A DNA stretch of 63,999 nucleotides, filler included, from Basidioascus undulatus (taxonomy: Eukaryota), in the NCBI GenBank assembly GCA_000826855.1. It is 16 parts of 16 records of this genome, joined end to end, with 100 filler letters (N's around TTAATTAATTAA, not from the genome) between each part and the next. Parts side by side here need not be neighbours in the genome. Positions count along the whole stretch, not along the records: positions 1 to 2,645 come from JTLS01002685.1; positions 2,746 to 5,389 come from JTLS01002686.1; positions 5,490 to 8,132 come from JTLS01002687.1; positions 8,233 to 10,874 come from JTLS01002688.1; positions 10,975 to 13,578 come from JTLS01002689.1; positions 13,679 to 36,977 come from JTLS01000269.1; 10 more parts are not named here. One strand, written 5' to 3'. This document shows positions 1 to 13,718 of this stretch, piece by piece. How positions within the stretch are numbered: position 1 is the stretch's first letter; every line of letters starts with the position of its first letter. The position numbers and the translations under genes were made by a program. The notes beneath the pieces are model-generated. The model worked only from the letters and a program-made list of their open reading frames with translations. It searched no databases and was not told the DNA's origin.

Positions 1-1773
1 GCGTCTTGACTGCTGCGGACCAGCGAGGGACGTACGGCCGTTGCTTCGGAACGCGCAGGCCGCCGCCCGCGCCCGCGCCGAGCTCGGGAAACTGCTCTTC
101 GGGCGAGGGCGAGCTCGGTCGGGAGGAGTGCCGGCTGCCGGGGCGGGAGCCGTGGTCGGACAAGTCGGAGCGTGCCATCATGCGCGCGAGCGTGTTGTCG
201 AGGTCGATCTGCGGCGGGAGCTCGTGCAGGAAGTCGCAGTTCTGCTTGATGCAGTTGCCGCGTAGCCAGAATCGGCAGAGCGCGCGCTCGATGTCGTGGC
301 TGGATCGCAACGAGCGAATGTGCGTGAGCCCATGTCAGACTCGTGATGAGAGTCATTCTCTATCCTCACCTGAAGCGGCAGTCGGCGCGCCGACACTCGC
401 CCGCGAGGAAGTACCTGAAGCCGGAAAGCGACAATCAGTCTACCGCTGGTCGAGAAGGCCTTGACGACAGAAACGAACCGGCACACCCGTCCACCAGCAG
501 GCGCAGGACTCCGGTTGCCCCAGCGCGGGCTGTTGCGACCGCTGTTGCGACCGTCGCGGACGTTGTCGTGTCCACCGCGGAACGCGCGACGCTGCATGGT
601 CGCGCGCTCGCCCAGCTCGTTCAGCGTGCGCTCGAAGTCGAAGCTGTTGCACGCGAGCGTCTGCTCGAGGTCCTCGAAGCTGATGCCGCTCGGGGCGAAG
701 ATGGACCAGAGGACGTCCAGCGGGGCCATGCCGTCGCCGGCCTCGGGCTCCTCGCCCGGGTAGAAGTAGCTTTCGCCGCCTTCAGAAGGCCCCGGCGAGT
801 ACCACTCGTTGTCGGAGGGGAAGAAGTTGGCGCCCCGGGAGAATTGCTCGGCCGGCGGCGGCGGCGCAGTGGCAAATGGACTGAACTCGTCATACTCGTC
901 GCCGCCCGGCGGGTGATACTCCTCGCCGTACGTGGGCGCTTGACTGAGGCGGCTGCTGCTGCGCACGAGCGCAGGACGGCCCGGCGGGCCCGGGGCGAAC
1001 TCGGCGGCTTTGATGTTGAGTGTGCGGGGGGAGGCGAGCGGGCTCGACGGTGCGGAGCCCGGTCGGCTACCGCCCAGGCCTGGCGGAAGGACGGGGAGAG
1101 AGCCACCGAGGGCGTGAGGGATGGACGGGGACGCGAGGGGCGTGAGGGAGCGTCCGAACGTCGGCGTGCCGGGGCCGTTGCGGGCTGGGGAATGTGCGCC
1201 GGTTGGCGTCCAGGGACGGGAGGCCGGGCGGGAGGCGGGCCGGGAGGGAGTGCGCTTGACGGTGAACGGTGCGCCGGTGAGATCGTCCTTGTGCGCGTGC
1301 ATGAGCGTGAGGAGGTCCTCGTCCTCGACATCCTGCAAACCAGTGCGGCATTTCAGCTGGACGATCTCCGCAAGCCCGCGCTCCAGATCCCCCATCACCA
1401 GACGAGCACGCCCACTCACCTTGCCCATGACATTCTTGAGTGCATCCCTGAGCCTCTCCTCGCGGTCTTCTTCCTCGTCGGGGTCCTCAAGGATGTTGAC
1501 GATCAAGCCGACGGGGTCATCTGCGGGGGCGCCGACGACGCTGGACGCCTTCTCGGACGCGGAGTCGATCTCGCTCTCGCCGCTCTCAGAGCTCGCGGCG
1601 TTGGCGCCGGTGCTGCCTGGGATGTTGATCGTCGCTGCGGCGAGCTTGGGGGTCGAGGGTCCGCTGCCTATGACACCTGGGCCGGAGCTGGCGCGGGCGA
1701 GGGAGGCGAGGAAGCCGCGGGTGTGCAGGTACGCGTTCGGCCGCCCGCTGTCGGACAGCGCGGCCAGCGACAT
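1..1773 (-). CDS. PAM2 / CUE-like / tandem CCCH zinc-finger protein (probably the fungal CCCH-Smr family); 3' end runs off the window
   Basis: Long first exon 1773-479. GT-AG introns at 478-415 and 369-300 join VCR-YFLAGECRRADCRFS-HDIERALCRFWLRGNCIKQNCDFLHE (two CCCH fingers). PAM2-like TLNIKAAEFAP and a CUE/UBA-like segment (PLDVLWSIF...LEQTLACNSFDFERTLNEL). The Smr domain is not visible and is only inferred. Confidence 0.8.
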
Positions 1774-2350
1774 GATCGCTGTGGGGGAACGGCCGTAGTC
1801 TAGGCCGGGTGTAGGATTTGTAGCCTGGAAAGCGGAAAGTAGAAGGGGGAGAGGAAAAGGCGGGCGAGAAGGAGGCGTTGGAGGGAAACGTCGGACGCAT
1901 CAGCAGCAAGGGCTCCTGTCGTGACGCCAATGCCGCCGGAGCCCTTGTAATGTGGCTGTTGGCTAATAACCCGGCTAGTGATCCTCTTGCATTACTGTCC
2001 ATCGGATATCGTCGGTACAGCCCGCATCCTTGACGAAATCTTATTCACAAGTTGAGCTGATTAACTCCAACGGGGAAAGCCATGTTTCTTCAACACTGAA
2101 GCGTCGAGACTCGAAGGGGCAGGGCAAGGGGCTGCGACGCTCTTCGCGACTCCGCGGGTAGCCAATCGAATGCGGTCGGTACGCGAACCTTACAGCTTCT
2201 TCTTCGAGCCGTTTTTAGCTGTAGTGCAATCTTTCAAGAGTACATTAGATTTGACGATCTACAGGAAGACTTCCACCCAGACTTCACATAACCCCCTGGC
2301 AGGCAGTCATCCGAGCACGGTCGCAGCACTGCGATCTATACCCACGCCCC

Positions 2351-2570
2351 CTACCCAAACACCCTCAGCCCGCCCAAGTTCTCCGGCGCGTCCGTCCTCT
2401 CCGCGTCCCCCGCGACGAGCTCGTCCTCCTCCTCCGCCGCCCCGCCGCGCGCGCCAAAGCCCTTGCCGAGCAAGCTCGCAAACAGCTCGTCGATCTGCTC
2501 CTCGTGCCAGGCCTCCTTCCCCGGCGGGATGGGCACCATGAAGTTCTGGAGCTTCTCGTGCGGGGTATAC
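2351..2570 (-). CDS. BFR2: Bfr2/AATF ribosome biogenesis factor, last exon
   Basis: After a CAG acceptor: [13 protein letters not shown]...[15 protein letters not shown], the conserved C-terminal motif of Bfr2/AATF. TAG at 2353-2351. Confidence 0.85.
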
Positions 2571-2645
2571 CTGTCACAGCCAAGCGCGCAGATGTCAGAC
2601 TTCGGGACGGAAGGAGGCTCGAAAGGGAGGGCGGGAGGGGGGAGG

Positions 2646-2745
2646 NNNNNNNNNNNNNNNNNNNNNNNNNNNNNNNNNNNNNNNNNNNNTTAATTAATTA
2701 ANNNNNNNNNNNNNNNNNNNNNNNNNNNNNNNNNNNNNNNNNNNN
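2646..2745. other. Artificial contig linker N44-TTAATTAATTAA-N44 (first of 15)
   Basis: Identical 100-nt linkers at 2646-2745, 5390-5489, 8133-8232, 10875-10974, 13579-13678, 36978-37077, 39713-39812, 42447-42546, 45179-45278, 47899-47998, 50609-50708, 53317-53416, 56024-56123, 58727-58826 and 61425-61524. The 12-mer is a six-frame stop. Confidence 0.99.
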
Positions 2746-5143
<2,398 letters not shown>

Positions 5144-5489
5144 TTTAGGGTTATCGCGGTCGATATGCACTCGAAAGCACGCATTCGTCTCGCATCTCGA
5201 GTCGACGGCGGAGGCGCCTGGGCAAAGATGATGTAATGAGGAATTTCCGGAAAGTCCGCGGAAAGAGGGCAGCCCGCTCGTGGGAGCGCGTTGCCGTCGC
5301 GTTCGATGCCTTGCCCAAACAAACTATAACACTCGCACCTTCTCCCAATCCGAAAGCGTCCGTGTCGCTCTACCTCCCATTCCCCCTTGNNNNNNNNNNN
5401 NNNNNNNNNNNNNNNNNNNNNNNNNNNNNNNNNTTAATTAATTAANNNNNNNNNNNNNNNNNNNNNNNNNNNNNNNNNNNNNNNNNNNN

Positions 5490-6703
5490 CTGACCGGGTG
5501 CGCAGAAAAGGAAGAGAAGGCGGGGAAGGGAAAGAAGACAGGGAGGGACGGGCGACGCACCGAGTCCATGAAGTCAGCCGAGTGGGACGCGATGACGAGG
5601 ATGTGGTTGTACGTGGAGAGGTACGCCTCGAGCCACACGACGGCCTCGAGGTCCAAGTGGTTGGTCGGCTCATCGAGGAGGAGCAAGTGGGGCTTAACGA
5701 ACAGTGCGCGAGCGAGGGAGACGCGCATGCGCCATCCACCGGACATGTCCTTCGTCGGCTTGTTCATCATCGCCTGGGAGAAGCCGAGGCCGTGGAGGAT
5801 GGACGACGCCTTAGCCTCGAACGTCGCCGGGTCCAGCTCCTCCAGCTCCTCGTACTTCGCCTCCAGCGCGAGCTCGTCCACGTCGTCTGCCGTGGACATG
5901 TCCTCGATCTGCTTCTCCAGACGCGCGACCTTCTCACGCGCGGACGCAACGATGTACTCCACCGGCTTCATGTCGGACGGCTCGGCCTCGCCGGCGACGA
6001 GGTGGATCTGCGGGCCAAGCCCTGCATCAGCCACGCCACCACCTGCCCCGGAAGTTCGAAGAAGACCCACGTCGATGTGCTCCGGGATCTCAATGTCGCG
6101 CCCCGCAAGCGCTTCGAGGAAGGTAGTCTGTGGCGAAGCCCCCCACCGCATCAGCCCTCTTCCATCTCCTTCGACACGATGTGAAGACGACGCACCTTGC
6201 CCGATCCGTTCTCACCCAGCAGACCATACCGCTGCCCGTAGTTGAGCGCGACCTCGGCGCCCTCGATGAGCAAGCGGCCGTGGAAGGAGAGGGTAAAAGC
6301 GTCGATCTTGATATCGCGGCCCTTGGGGTCGGAGACGAGGACACCAGCCGTAGACCTACCCACCCACCCCAACTCCATCAGTACCCTACCCCACACGCCG
6401 GATTTGTAGGGGGAGACGCACCGCTCAGTGGCCAGCTTGAGCTTAGCCATGGTGGCATGGACGTCCTCGGTCGAGCCGTTGGCGGAGGCGTTGAGCGGGG
6501 TGTTCGAGCTCGCGGGCGTGCCCGTCGAGGAGGCCGCGGTGGAGCCGCTCTTGGTCGACTTGCCCTTGGCGGCGGCCTTTGCCTCCTTCTCTGCCAGACG
6601 CTTGGCCTTGGACGCGGAGATGGGAGCCCTGTCGTTCCAAGCCCACCCACTCTCCCAGGTCAGCTGGGTGTCGGAGGCTGAAAAAGAAGACGGCGACGTG
6701 CAT
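5490..6703 (-). CDS. ARB1: ABC-F family ATPase Arb1/ABCF2, 3'-partial
   Basis: MAPISASKAKRLAEK N-terminus, RDIKIDAFTLSFHGRLLIEGAE, Walker A GENGSGK, signature MSGGWRMR and Walker B LLLLDEPTNHLD. Confidence 0.9.
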
Positions 6704-7231
6704 GCTGGGCGGTGTGGTTTCGGGGGTAGTGGTAAGGAGAGTGCTGTCCGTGTGCGCTGAAAGAAAGGTCCTGCGTCTATGAAGAGTGCTAGGATGGCGA
6801 GGAGGAGCGAGGGAGAGGGTGGCGAAGAGGAGAGGAGCGAAGGCAAGCAAGGTCGAAAGTCGTCGGCGCCTGCCCCGCTGCCGCGCAAACTCGGTGCCAC
6901 AAAGATTTCAAGACGCAGCCAAACGTCAGCGTCATATCGGCTGGGAGATATTGGCTGCGTCGCTCGTTCTCAGGCTATTTAATGCACCTCTGCTGTGGTA
7001 CTCTTCACATTTTATCATAGAAGAGTGCGTGCAATGGAAATTACCTTAAAAATAGCAGAACTGGTAGGCGTTCTGGGGAGCTAAGCGGCAAAGAGCTTTT
7101 CGCCGACAGAGAAGACGCTGCCAGCCAGCGACGTCAGGCCGCGGGGACGCGCTTGACCTTGACGTTGTCCTCACCGCATCGCATCGCTACACCTTCTGCT
7201 CGCTTCGGACATAGCGTCCTCGTCGCCAACG

Positions 7232-8132
7232 ATGGCGCCGAAGCCACCATCTGCCCGACATAGCCATCCCGAACCCCCTTCCCCGCCCTCCCTCTCCCTG
7301 CGCCCCCTCCTCCTGCTCTCCCTGCTCTTCCATCTTGCCCTCATCTTCTACGCCTCCTACCACGACTCCCTTTCCGCCCTAAAGTACACCGACGTGGACT
7401 ACCGCGTCTTCTCCGACGCCTCCTCGCTCATCCTCCACTCCCCGTCCCACTCGCCGTACGCCCGCCCCACCTACCGGTACACGCCCCTCCTCGCGCTCCT
7501 CCTCCTCCCGAACCATCTCCTGCACGCCGCCTGGGGGAAGGCCCTCTTCTCCCTCTGCGATCTCGCTATCGGGGCGCTGCTCTGGCGGCTGTTCCGCCAG
7601 CGCTTTCCCGCGAGGGACCCAGCGATGTGGGTCGGCGGAATGTGGCTTATGAATCCGTTTGTGGTTAATATCGCGACGAGGGGGAGCGCGGAGGCGGTGC
7701 TCGGCACGCTGGTTGTGGGGACGCTAGCGCTGCTTGAGGAGGGACGGTGGGACGCTGCGGCGGTGGCCCTGGCGGGCGCGGTCCACTTCAAGATTTACCC
7801 GTTCATCTACGGGGCGTCCATCCTCGCTTTCCTCCCCTCCCGGGCCAAGGGCTCCCTCCTCGCACGCCTGATTTCCCCCGCCCGCATCCGCTTCTCCTTC
7901 ATCTCGCTCTTGACCTTCATTCTCCTCAACGCCGCATGCTACGCCATGTCCGTTTCCCCTTCCCCTCCTCCCCTTCACGTGGAAGCTGACTCCCCTCCCC
8001 GCCGCCGCAGCTGGGGCCACCCCTTCCTCCGCCACACCTACCTGTACCACCTCTCGCGCATCGACCACAGGCACAATTTCTCCCCGTCCTTCTACCCGAC
8101 CTACCTCGTCCATCCCAAGCACCTGCCCTCCC
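7232..8132 (+). CDS. GPI14: GPI mannosyltransferase I (PIG-M/Gpi14), 3'-partial
   Basis: KYTDVDYRVFSD, PYARPTYRYTPLLA, NPFVVNIATRGSAE, VHFKIYPFIY and YHLSRIDHRHNFS, all hallmark PIG-M motifs. Confidence 0.93.
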
Positions 8133-8232
8133 NNNNNNNNNNNNNNNNNNNNNNNNNNNNNNNNNNNNNNNNNNNNTTAATTAATTAANNNNNNNNNNNN
8201 NNNNNNNNNNNNNNNNNNNNNNNNNNNNNNNN

Positions 8233-9113
8233 GTTTCATCAAGTTGCCGATGGCACCTTTCATGTCGGGTCTCGTCCAGTGGATCCGGGGTTTCCGGGAT
8301 TGCATGGGGAGGTATACCTGTTTGGTTTACGATAATTGATACGAGGTTTTAATATTGAGCGGTGTTTTGGTGTGAAAGGCGCTGTCGATGACAGTGTTGC
8401 CTCCGCGAGCGTTGAGAGCTTTTGATTGTTTGACAGGCTTGGGTGCTCTTCAACCGTGTTTCTGAACACAGCCTTCACGCCAGGGATGTTGGTTGATATG
8501 GTCATGAGGTAGTCCGAGTGCAATCTCGTCGGAATGCAGATTGCAGGCCGTTCTTCCATTCTAGGTGTCTTGGTCGTTCAGCAAGTCTGCATGTTTCTTC
8601 ATATGTGTCTATTATCCATGTTCCTTAGACTTTTCTTAAAAAGTATTGACCAGGCCTTATGCCACCGCTGGGAGGATCTTGCTGTCCATATCTCTTCCTT
8701 GACGTTGGACATTCGCATCGACAAGCTCACCAGCGAGGAAGTCGAGATGATCCCGTCGGCGTACCTCCACCGGCTCAGTAACCTTCATCGCGAGAGGGTA
8801 CCGCCGCGCGGTCGTTATTCTGAAGGCGATCAAGGTCAAAGACAACCTGGCGCTGGGTCCACACGTTCACGAAGGCAACATCGACTTTCAAGTCTGGTGG
8901 AAATCGGCGTTCATGCACTTTATACTAGGACTCGACCAGCACGTCGGCACCAAAACTCGCTTTCGGGCCATCGATCTGCTATTAGCAGATGTGGACATCG
9001 CCTGGTCGGGAGATGGCTCGGAGGGTGCATGTTACATATGTCATGAGGAGGTAGCTCGGGCCATGGCGGCAGTGCACGATGAGTGGGATAAGATGCTGCT
9101 GACTTCGATTTGA
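8233..9113 (+). pseudogene. Degenerate gene relic resembling the C-terminal half of basidiomycete BTB-associated proteins
   Basis: Frameshifted segments ALCHRWEDLAVHISSLTL and a terminal CYICHEEVARAMAAVHDEWDKML*, with interspersed stops. The family call is a tentative resemblance. Confidence 0.3.
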
Positions 9114-10253
9114 TTTGCATTTTATGATGCTGCAAAAAATATCTGTCTGTCTTTACGAACTGCGTGATTTTCGGGTTGTGTCCCGGCGAGACAGAGCCTG
9201 CATCAAGCCTTCAAAAGAACCGGTAACGGGTAAGCTGCACGGAGAACCGAGAGGTGCTGGTGCACACATGGCGACCTGCGTGGCTTTCCCTTCTTATTTG
9301 TGGCACGCAGTGGTAAGCAACCGTGTGCATGTCGAGGGGGAGAGGAATGTTGTTGTGCCGTCAAGCGCCACGCACGGATCTCTCGTCGCTTTCTACTTCC
9401 CATCCTACAACGCGAGGCCAGCCGAGACTCGAGTGCCGTCTCCCAGACAAAGCGGTCATGCACCACTGCAACCGGCAGCGGAGCGTGGGCGAAGAGCTCC
9501 GCCTGCAGAACTAAATACCTAATATCGATGCGTGCATGACCACAAGGCATCCTCCTCGGTTCCAATCTCGCGCGCGTCGCACAGTTCGAGAGCTCGACCT
9601 CAGTCGGCAGGCCAGCAGGGCGTTTTGTCGGCGCCTGACTCGCGGGTCGAGGTGATCTGGCTGATCGAGAAGTCGGCGAGCCGGGCGGCCACGAGGGCGA
9701 TGAACAGTGGTTCTTCAATGACCAGACGCACGTTAGGTATCATGGTGAGCAAGAGTAAGACCCGCGTTCATCGAGCATGAGCGAGACCTGCGTTCGTCGG
9801 GTATCGTAGCGAGCACGTGCAAGACCCCAGAGTGAGGTGATTCGCCGCCGCCATTCGACAGCGACTCGCGCAGCGATATCACGAAAATGACTACGTGGTG
9901 CGAGGAGAGCTGCGAAACATTTGTGCTCCCTCGAGTGGATCGAATCATGGGCCCCAAATACGAATAGGGATCTCGGAGTCACAACAGTATGACGTCCGAG
10001 CGGTGGTGACCAAAAATGCCGAATTGACGTTCTGATTTATATTCGACGATGATGAACTACGCGAAGCGGTAAGCGTTCCACAGCGACCCCAACGAGCTAT
10101 CATGACACCTTCGAAGTTCATGAGCGTCCGCCTCGAAGGTTATGAGCGTCGGTCCCACCCCAACACTCGCATTCCTTCCGAACGCAGCTCGAATATACAA
10201 CACACCTGCCCCTGCATCCCTACGCATCCCAGATCCAACCCGTTTCCCTCCGC

Positions 10254-10811
10254 TCAGTACATCTCCAGACTCATCCCTGTGGAGGGGCGGGGGTCAGATA
10301 GGGTAAGCGGGAGTGGGCGGGGGGGGTGGGGGAGGGACGGACCGTCGTGGCTGTGGAGCGGTGGACGTGCATGGTGGGCTTTAGTTAGTGATTCATTGGG
10401 GATGGATTTGGTATTGGTAACGCACATTTCGTACTGTAAAGTGATGAAGAAGGATTAGCTCCGCCACTCAACCACCATCGCGAATCAAGCAGACTCACGT
10501 CCTCCAGCGTGATATGCTATCCGCGCCCACGCCCGCAGCCCAGCCCTCCAAATCAGCGCCCTTCCTCCCGAATTACCATCCCCCACCGCAACCTCTCAAA
10601 CTCACGTTCTTGAACTCGTTGTACTGTCCTCCCTCCTTCTTCATCAGCCTCCCGCCACCCCTCCCTCGCCTTCCAGTGGTCCCCGGCACGCACCCATTTC
10701 TTCAGCCGAATCTTCTCCGGCACCGTGCCCGTCTGCGCAGCGATCATCTTCTTGAGGTCGCCGACCGTGTCGCGCGAGTCGCACTTGACGCGCACTTTGC
10801 GGCCGAGTCGG
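10254..10811 (-). CDS. HUB1: Ubiquitin-like protein Hub1/UBL5, 5'-partial
   Basis: Exons 10811-10694, 10623-10606, 10516-10499, 10433-10426, 10350-10343 and 10276-10254 splice to [63 protein letters not shown]. Confidence 0.93.
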
Positions 10812-10999
10812 CTGCGCGGGGGGAAGGGAGGGAGGGGAGAGAGGCGTTAGAAGCGGCGGAGAGGAGGGCGGAGGNNNNNNNNNNNNNNNNNNNNNNNNNN
10901 NNNNNNNNNNNNNNNNNNTTAATTAATTAANNNNNNNNNNNNNNNNNNNNNNNNNNNNNNNNNNNNNNNNNNNNCCCATCTCACACCCCCACACCTCAG

Positions 11000-12286
11000 G
11001 CGCACGTCCACCAGTCCCTCTCGAAGCAACTCAGTCTCTGGGGGATCGAGTACTTCGGTCCGTCTCCCCCCACCCGCCCTTCCCCCCCTTTTCGCTTCCC
11101 TTGAGAAGCTAATGTGAGAGGTGAGACGCGCAGACCTCTACCTGATCCACTTCCCCATCGCGCTGGCATACGTCGACCCCGCCGAGCGGTACCCGCCTGA
11201 GTGGTCCGTCGATGGGAAGGGCAAGATCGAGGTGGAAGACTCGCCGATTCGGGAGACTTGGGAGGCTATGGAGGAGGTCCGTTCTTCCCCATCCCTTCCG
11301 GAATTGAAACGGTGGAAAGTGGGAAGCTAATGTGCTGGGTGGAGGGATGGATAGATCTACGAGTCCGGCAAGGCCAAGGCGATCGGCATCTCCAACTTTG
11401 CCGGCTCGCTCATCCTCGACCTCTTCCGGTACGCGAAGATCAAGCCTGCTGTACTGCAAATCGAGCACCACCCGCTGCTCACGCAAGAGTGGGTCCTCCC
11501 TTTTCCCTCTCCATCTCCCCTCCCTCTCCTCCCCTCCCCTGCTCCACTCCCTCCTCTCCTTTTGCCCTCCTTCCCTTGGCTCTCTCCCCCAAACTCATTT
11601 CTAGTGCCCTACTGACCTCCATCACCAAACAACCCAGGAACCTGATCGCCCTCGCCTCCGCGCTCAACATCAAGGTCACCGCGTACTCGTCCTTCGGCCC
11701 GCAGTCGTTCGAGGAGCTCAACATGGCGCGCGGGATCAAGCCGCTGTTCGAGGAGGAGGTGGTTAGGAAGGCTGCGGAGCGGGCGGGAAGGAGTGGGTCT
11801 TCCTTTCCTTCCTCATTTTCCTCTTACCCTTCCCCCTTTTCCTCTACCCCAACCTGAGTCTGCCCAAACGTGACGACGCTGAACGATCACGCACGCAGCC
11901 CCCGCCCAGGTCCTCCTCCGCTGGGCGACCCAGCGTGGCCTGGCAGTCATTCCGAAATCCAACAGCGTGCGTGCTTCCGTCTCCCTCCCTCCCCACCTTC
12001 TCTTCCTTCCTCCTTCCCCTCCTCCCTCTCCTGCCTTCCCTCCCCATCCCACCAAGCTGGACTGACCCCGCACGCAGCCCCACCGCCTCGCCGAGAACCT
12101 CTCCACGACCAACTTTGACCTCACCGAGGACGAGCTCGAGGCGATCTCGGGGCTGAACAGGAACGTTCGGTACGCCCGCTCATTGTCGTTGTTTCTCGCT
12201 GGGTCGTAAGTGCTGATGTTGTGATGCGTGAGGGCAGCTTCAACAACCCCGCGGAGATCGACATCCGGTTGAGCATCTTCGCTTGA
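11000..12286 (+). CDS. Aldo-keto reductase, NAD(P)H-dependent xylose reductase type (XYL1/GRE3-like), 5'-partial
   Basis: [70 protein letters not shown] and a terminal FNNP...IFA*. Confidence 0.88.
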
Positions 12287-12643
12287 AGGGGAGGAGAGGA
12301 CGCAGGATTCTTTTTGATACCCTCTCGGACTCGGACTCGGATTCGGATTTCAGTAAACCTTATGGCTCGGAGTGGAGAGCATCGATACCTTCGGATTTGC
12401 AATGGATGTTGTGATGAAGCGAGTTTCGAATCCTGTCCTGCCGCAAGCGTTCGTCGAACGGCGCAGTCTGGCATGGCCCACTGCCGATAGAACTCCACTA
12501 CTAGAAGAAGCCCTGGGACCACGAAGTCCGCACCCGCAAAGGTCACAGCACGCAGGAAGAACCGCGCATTAGGCAAGAGTAAAGTCAACGCGAGCGCAAG
12601 CCTTCATCATCATCTCCTCCTTCCTCCCCTCCTCCTACCTCCC

Positions 12644-13578
12644 CTACCGTCGATCGAACATGCTCCCATCCATCCTAACCCCAAAGTTCTTCCCGACATC
12701 CTGGCCCAGCAACTTCATCTTGCTCGCCTCGATCCGCTCATTCTGGACCTTCCGCAGCGCCTCAAGCTGCGTGCGATTGAGATGCGCCACGCCCTCCTCC
12801 TTCGGTGTCGGGCGCTTGAGCGCGCTCGAGTGCGCGGCCAAGTCCGCTGCCGGGTCGTACCCGTCCGCGTCCGGGAGCGTTTCGCCCGAGCGGATCGCGT
12901 GCATACGCTTCTCGTAGGACTCGAGGGCGTAGTACTTCTCGTGCGGGAGGGTGGCTGGCGGAGGGGAAGGGAGGAGGTGAGAGGAGGGCGGGCTGAAGGA
13001 GGAAGAGGGAAGAAGAATACGGACCGGTGTTGTAGTCCTCGACAAAACGCGCGAATTGCTTTTTGGTTTGGTCTTTCGTGAGATGCTCGGGGTCTGTGGG
13101 GGTCCGAATGCTCAGCACGTCCGACTCGAGAATGCGAGGGAGGAAAGCGACGCACTGATCGTCCGCTCCTCGACCAACCACGCCCTGAACTCCGCGTCCT
13201 TATTGTACATGTCCGTCTGCTCTCCCCCGCTCTCCCGATCAGCATCCCACCTCTCTCTCCTCACACCCCCACCACCATTCAGAACGCACCTCGTCGATAA
13301 TCCCATACTTCCCCCACTCCGCATCAATCGCCCCGCTCCGCTTCTCCTTCTTCCTACGGCGCTTCTCCTTCTTCTCCTTCCTCCGCCGCCGGCGCTCCTC
13401 CCTGTCCCTGTCCCGGCTCCGGCTCCGGCTCCGACTGCGGTGCCGCCGCCGGTGGTGCCGGCGGTCGTCATCCGAGGAACTGCCGGACGAGTCGCTGGAC
13501 CGTGAACGCGAGCGGTGCCGGTGCCGTCGCGAGCGGGAGGCGTCCCGGTCCCGGTCTCTGCGGGAGGGAGAACGCGAG
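12644..13578 (-). CDS. Arg/Ser/Lys-rich protein of unknown function, probably conserved, 5'-partial
   Basis: An RS/RD-rich N-terminal part is followed by spliced WGKYGIIDE-TDMYNKDAEFRAWLVEER...KKQFARFVEDYNT-ATLPHEKYYALESYE...GVRMDGSMFDRR*. Confidence 0.75.
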
Positions 13579-13678
13579 NNNNNNNNNNNNNNNNNNNNNN
13601 NNNNNNNNNNNNNNNNNNNNNNTTAATTAATTAANNNNNNNNNNNNNNNNNNNNNNNNNNNNNNNNNNNNNNNNNNNN

Positions 13679-13718
13679 TGCGCTCGTGCGCGATCCGGCG
13701 GGGCGCGGCGTCCTTCAT
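13679..13718 (-). CDS. Probable first codons (MKDAAPRRIAHER) of a gene running off the contig
   Basis: ATG after a pyrimidine-rich leader. Too short to identify. Confidence 0.35.

Noticed and set aside
343..1803. 486-aa + strand ORF and similar long antisense ORFs (e.g. 46846-47841, 50015-50656)
   Set aside because: These are shadow ORFs of GC-rich coding sequence on the opposite strand.
12284..12500. Stop-codon readthrough giving a peroxisomal isoform of the reductase
   Set aside because: The stop context is TGA-AGG rather than TGA-CTA, and the extension does not end in a PTS1.
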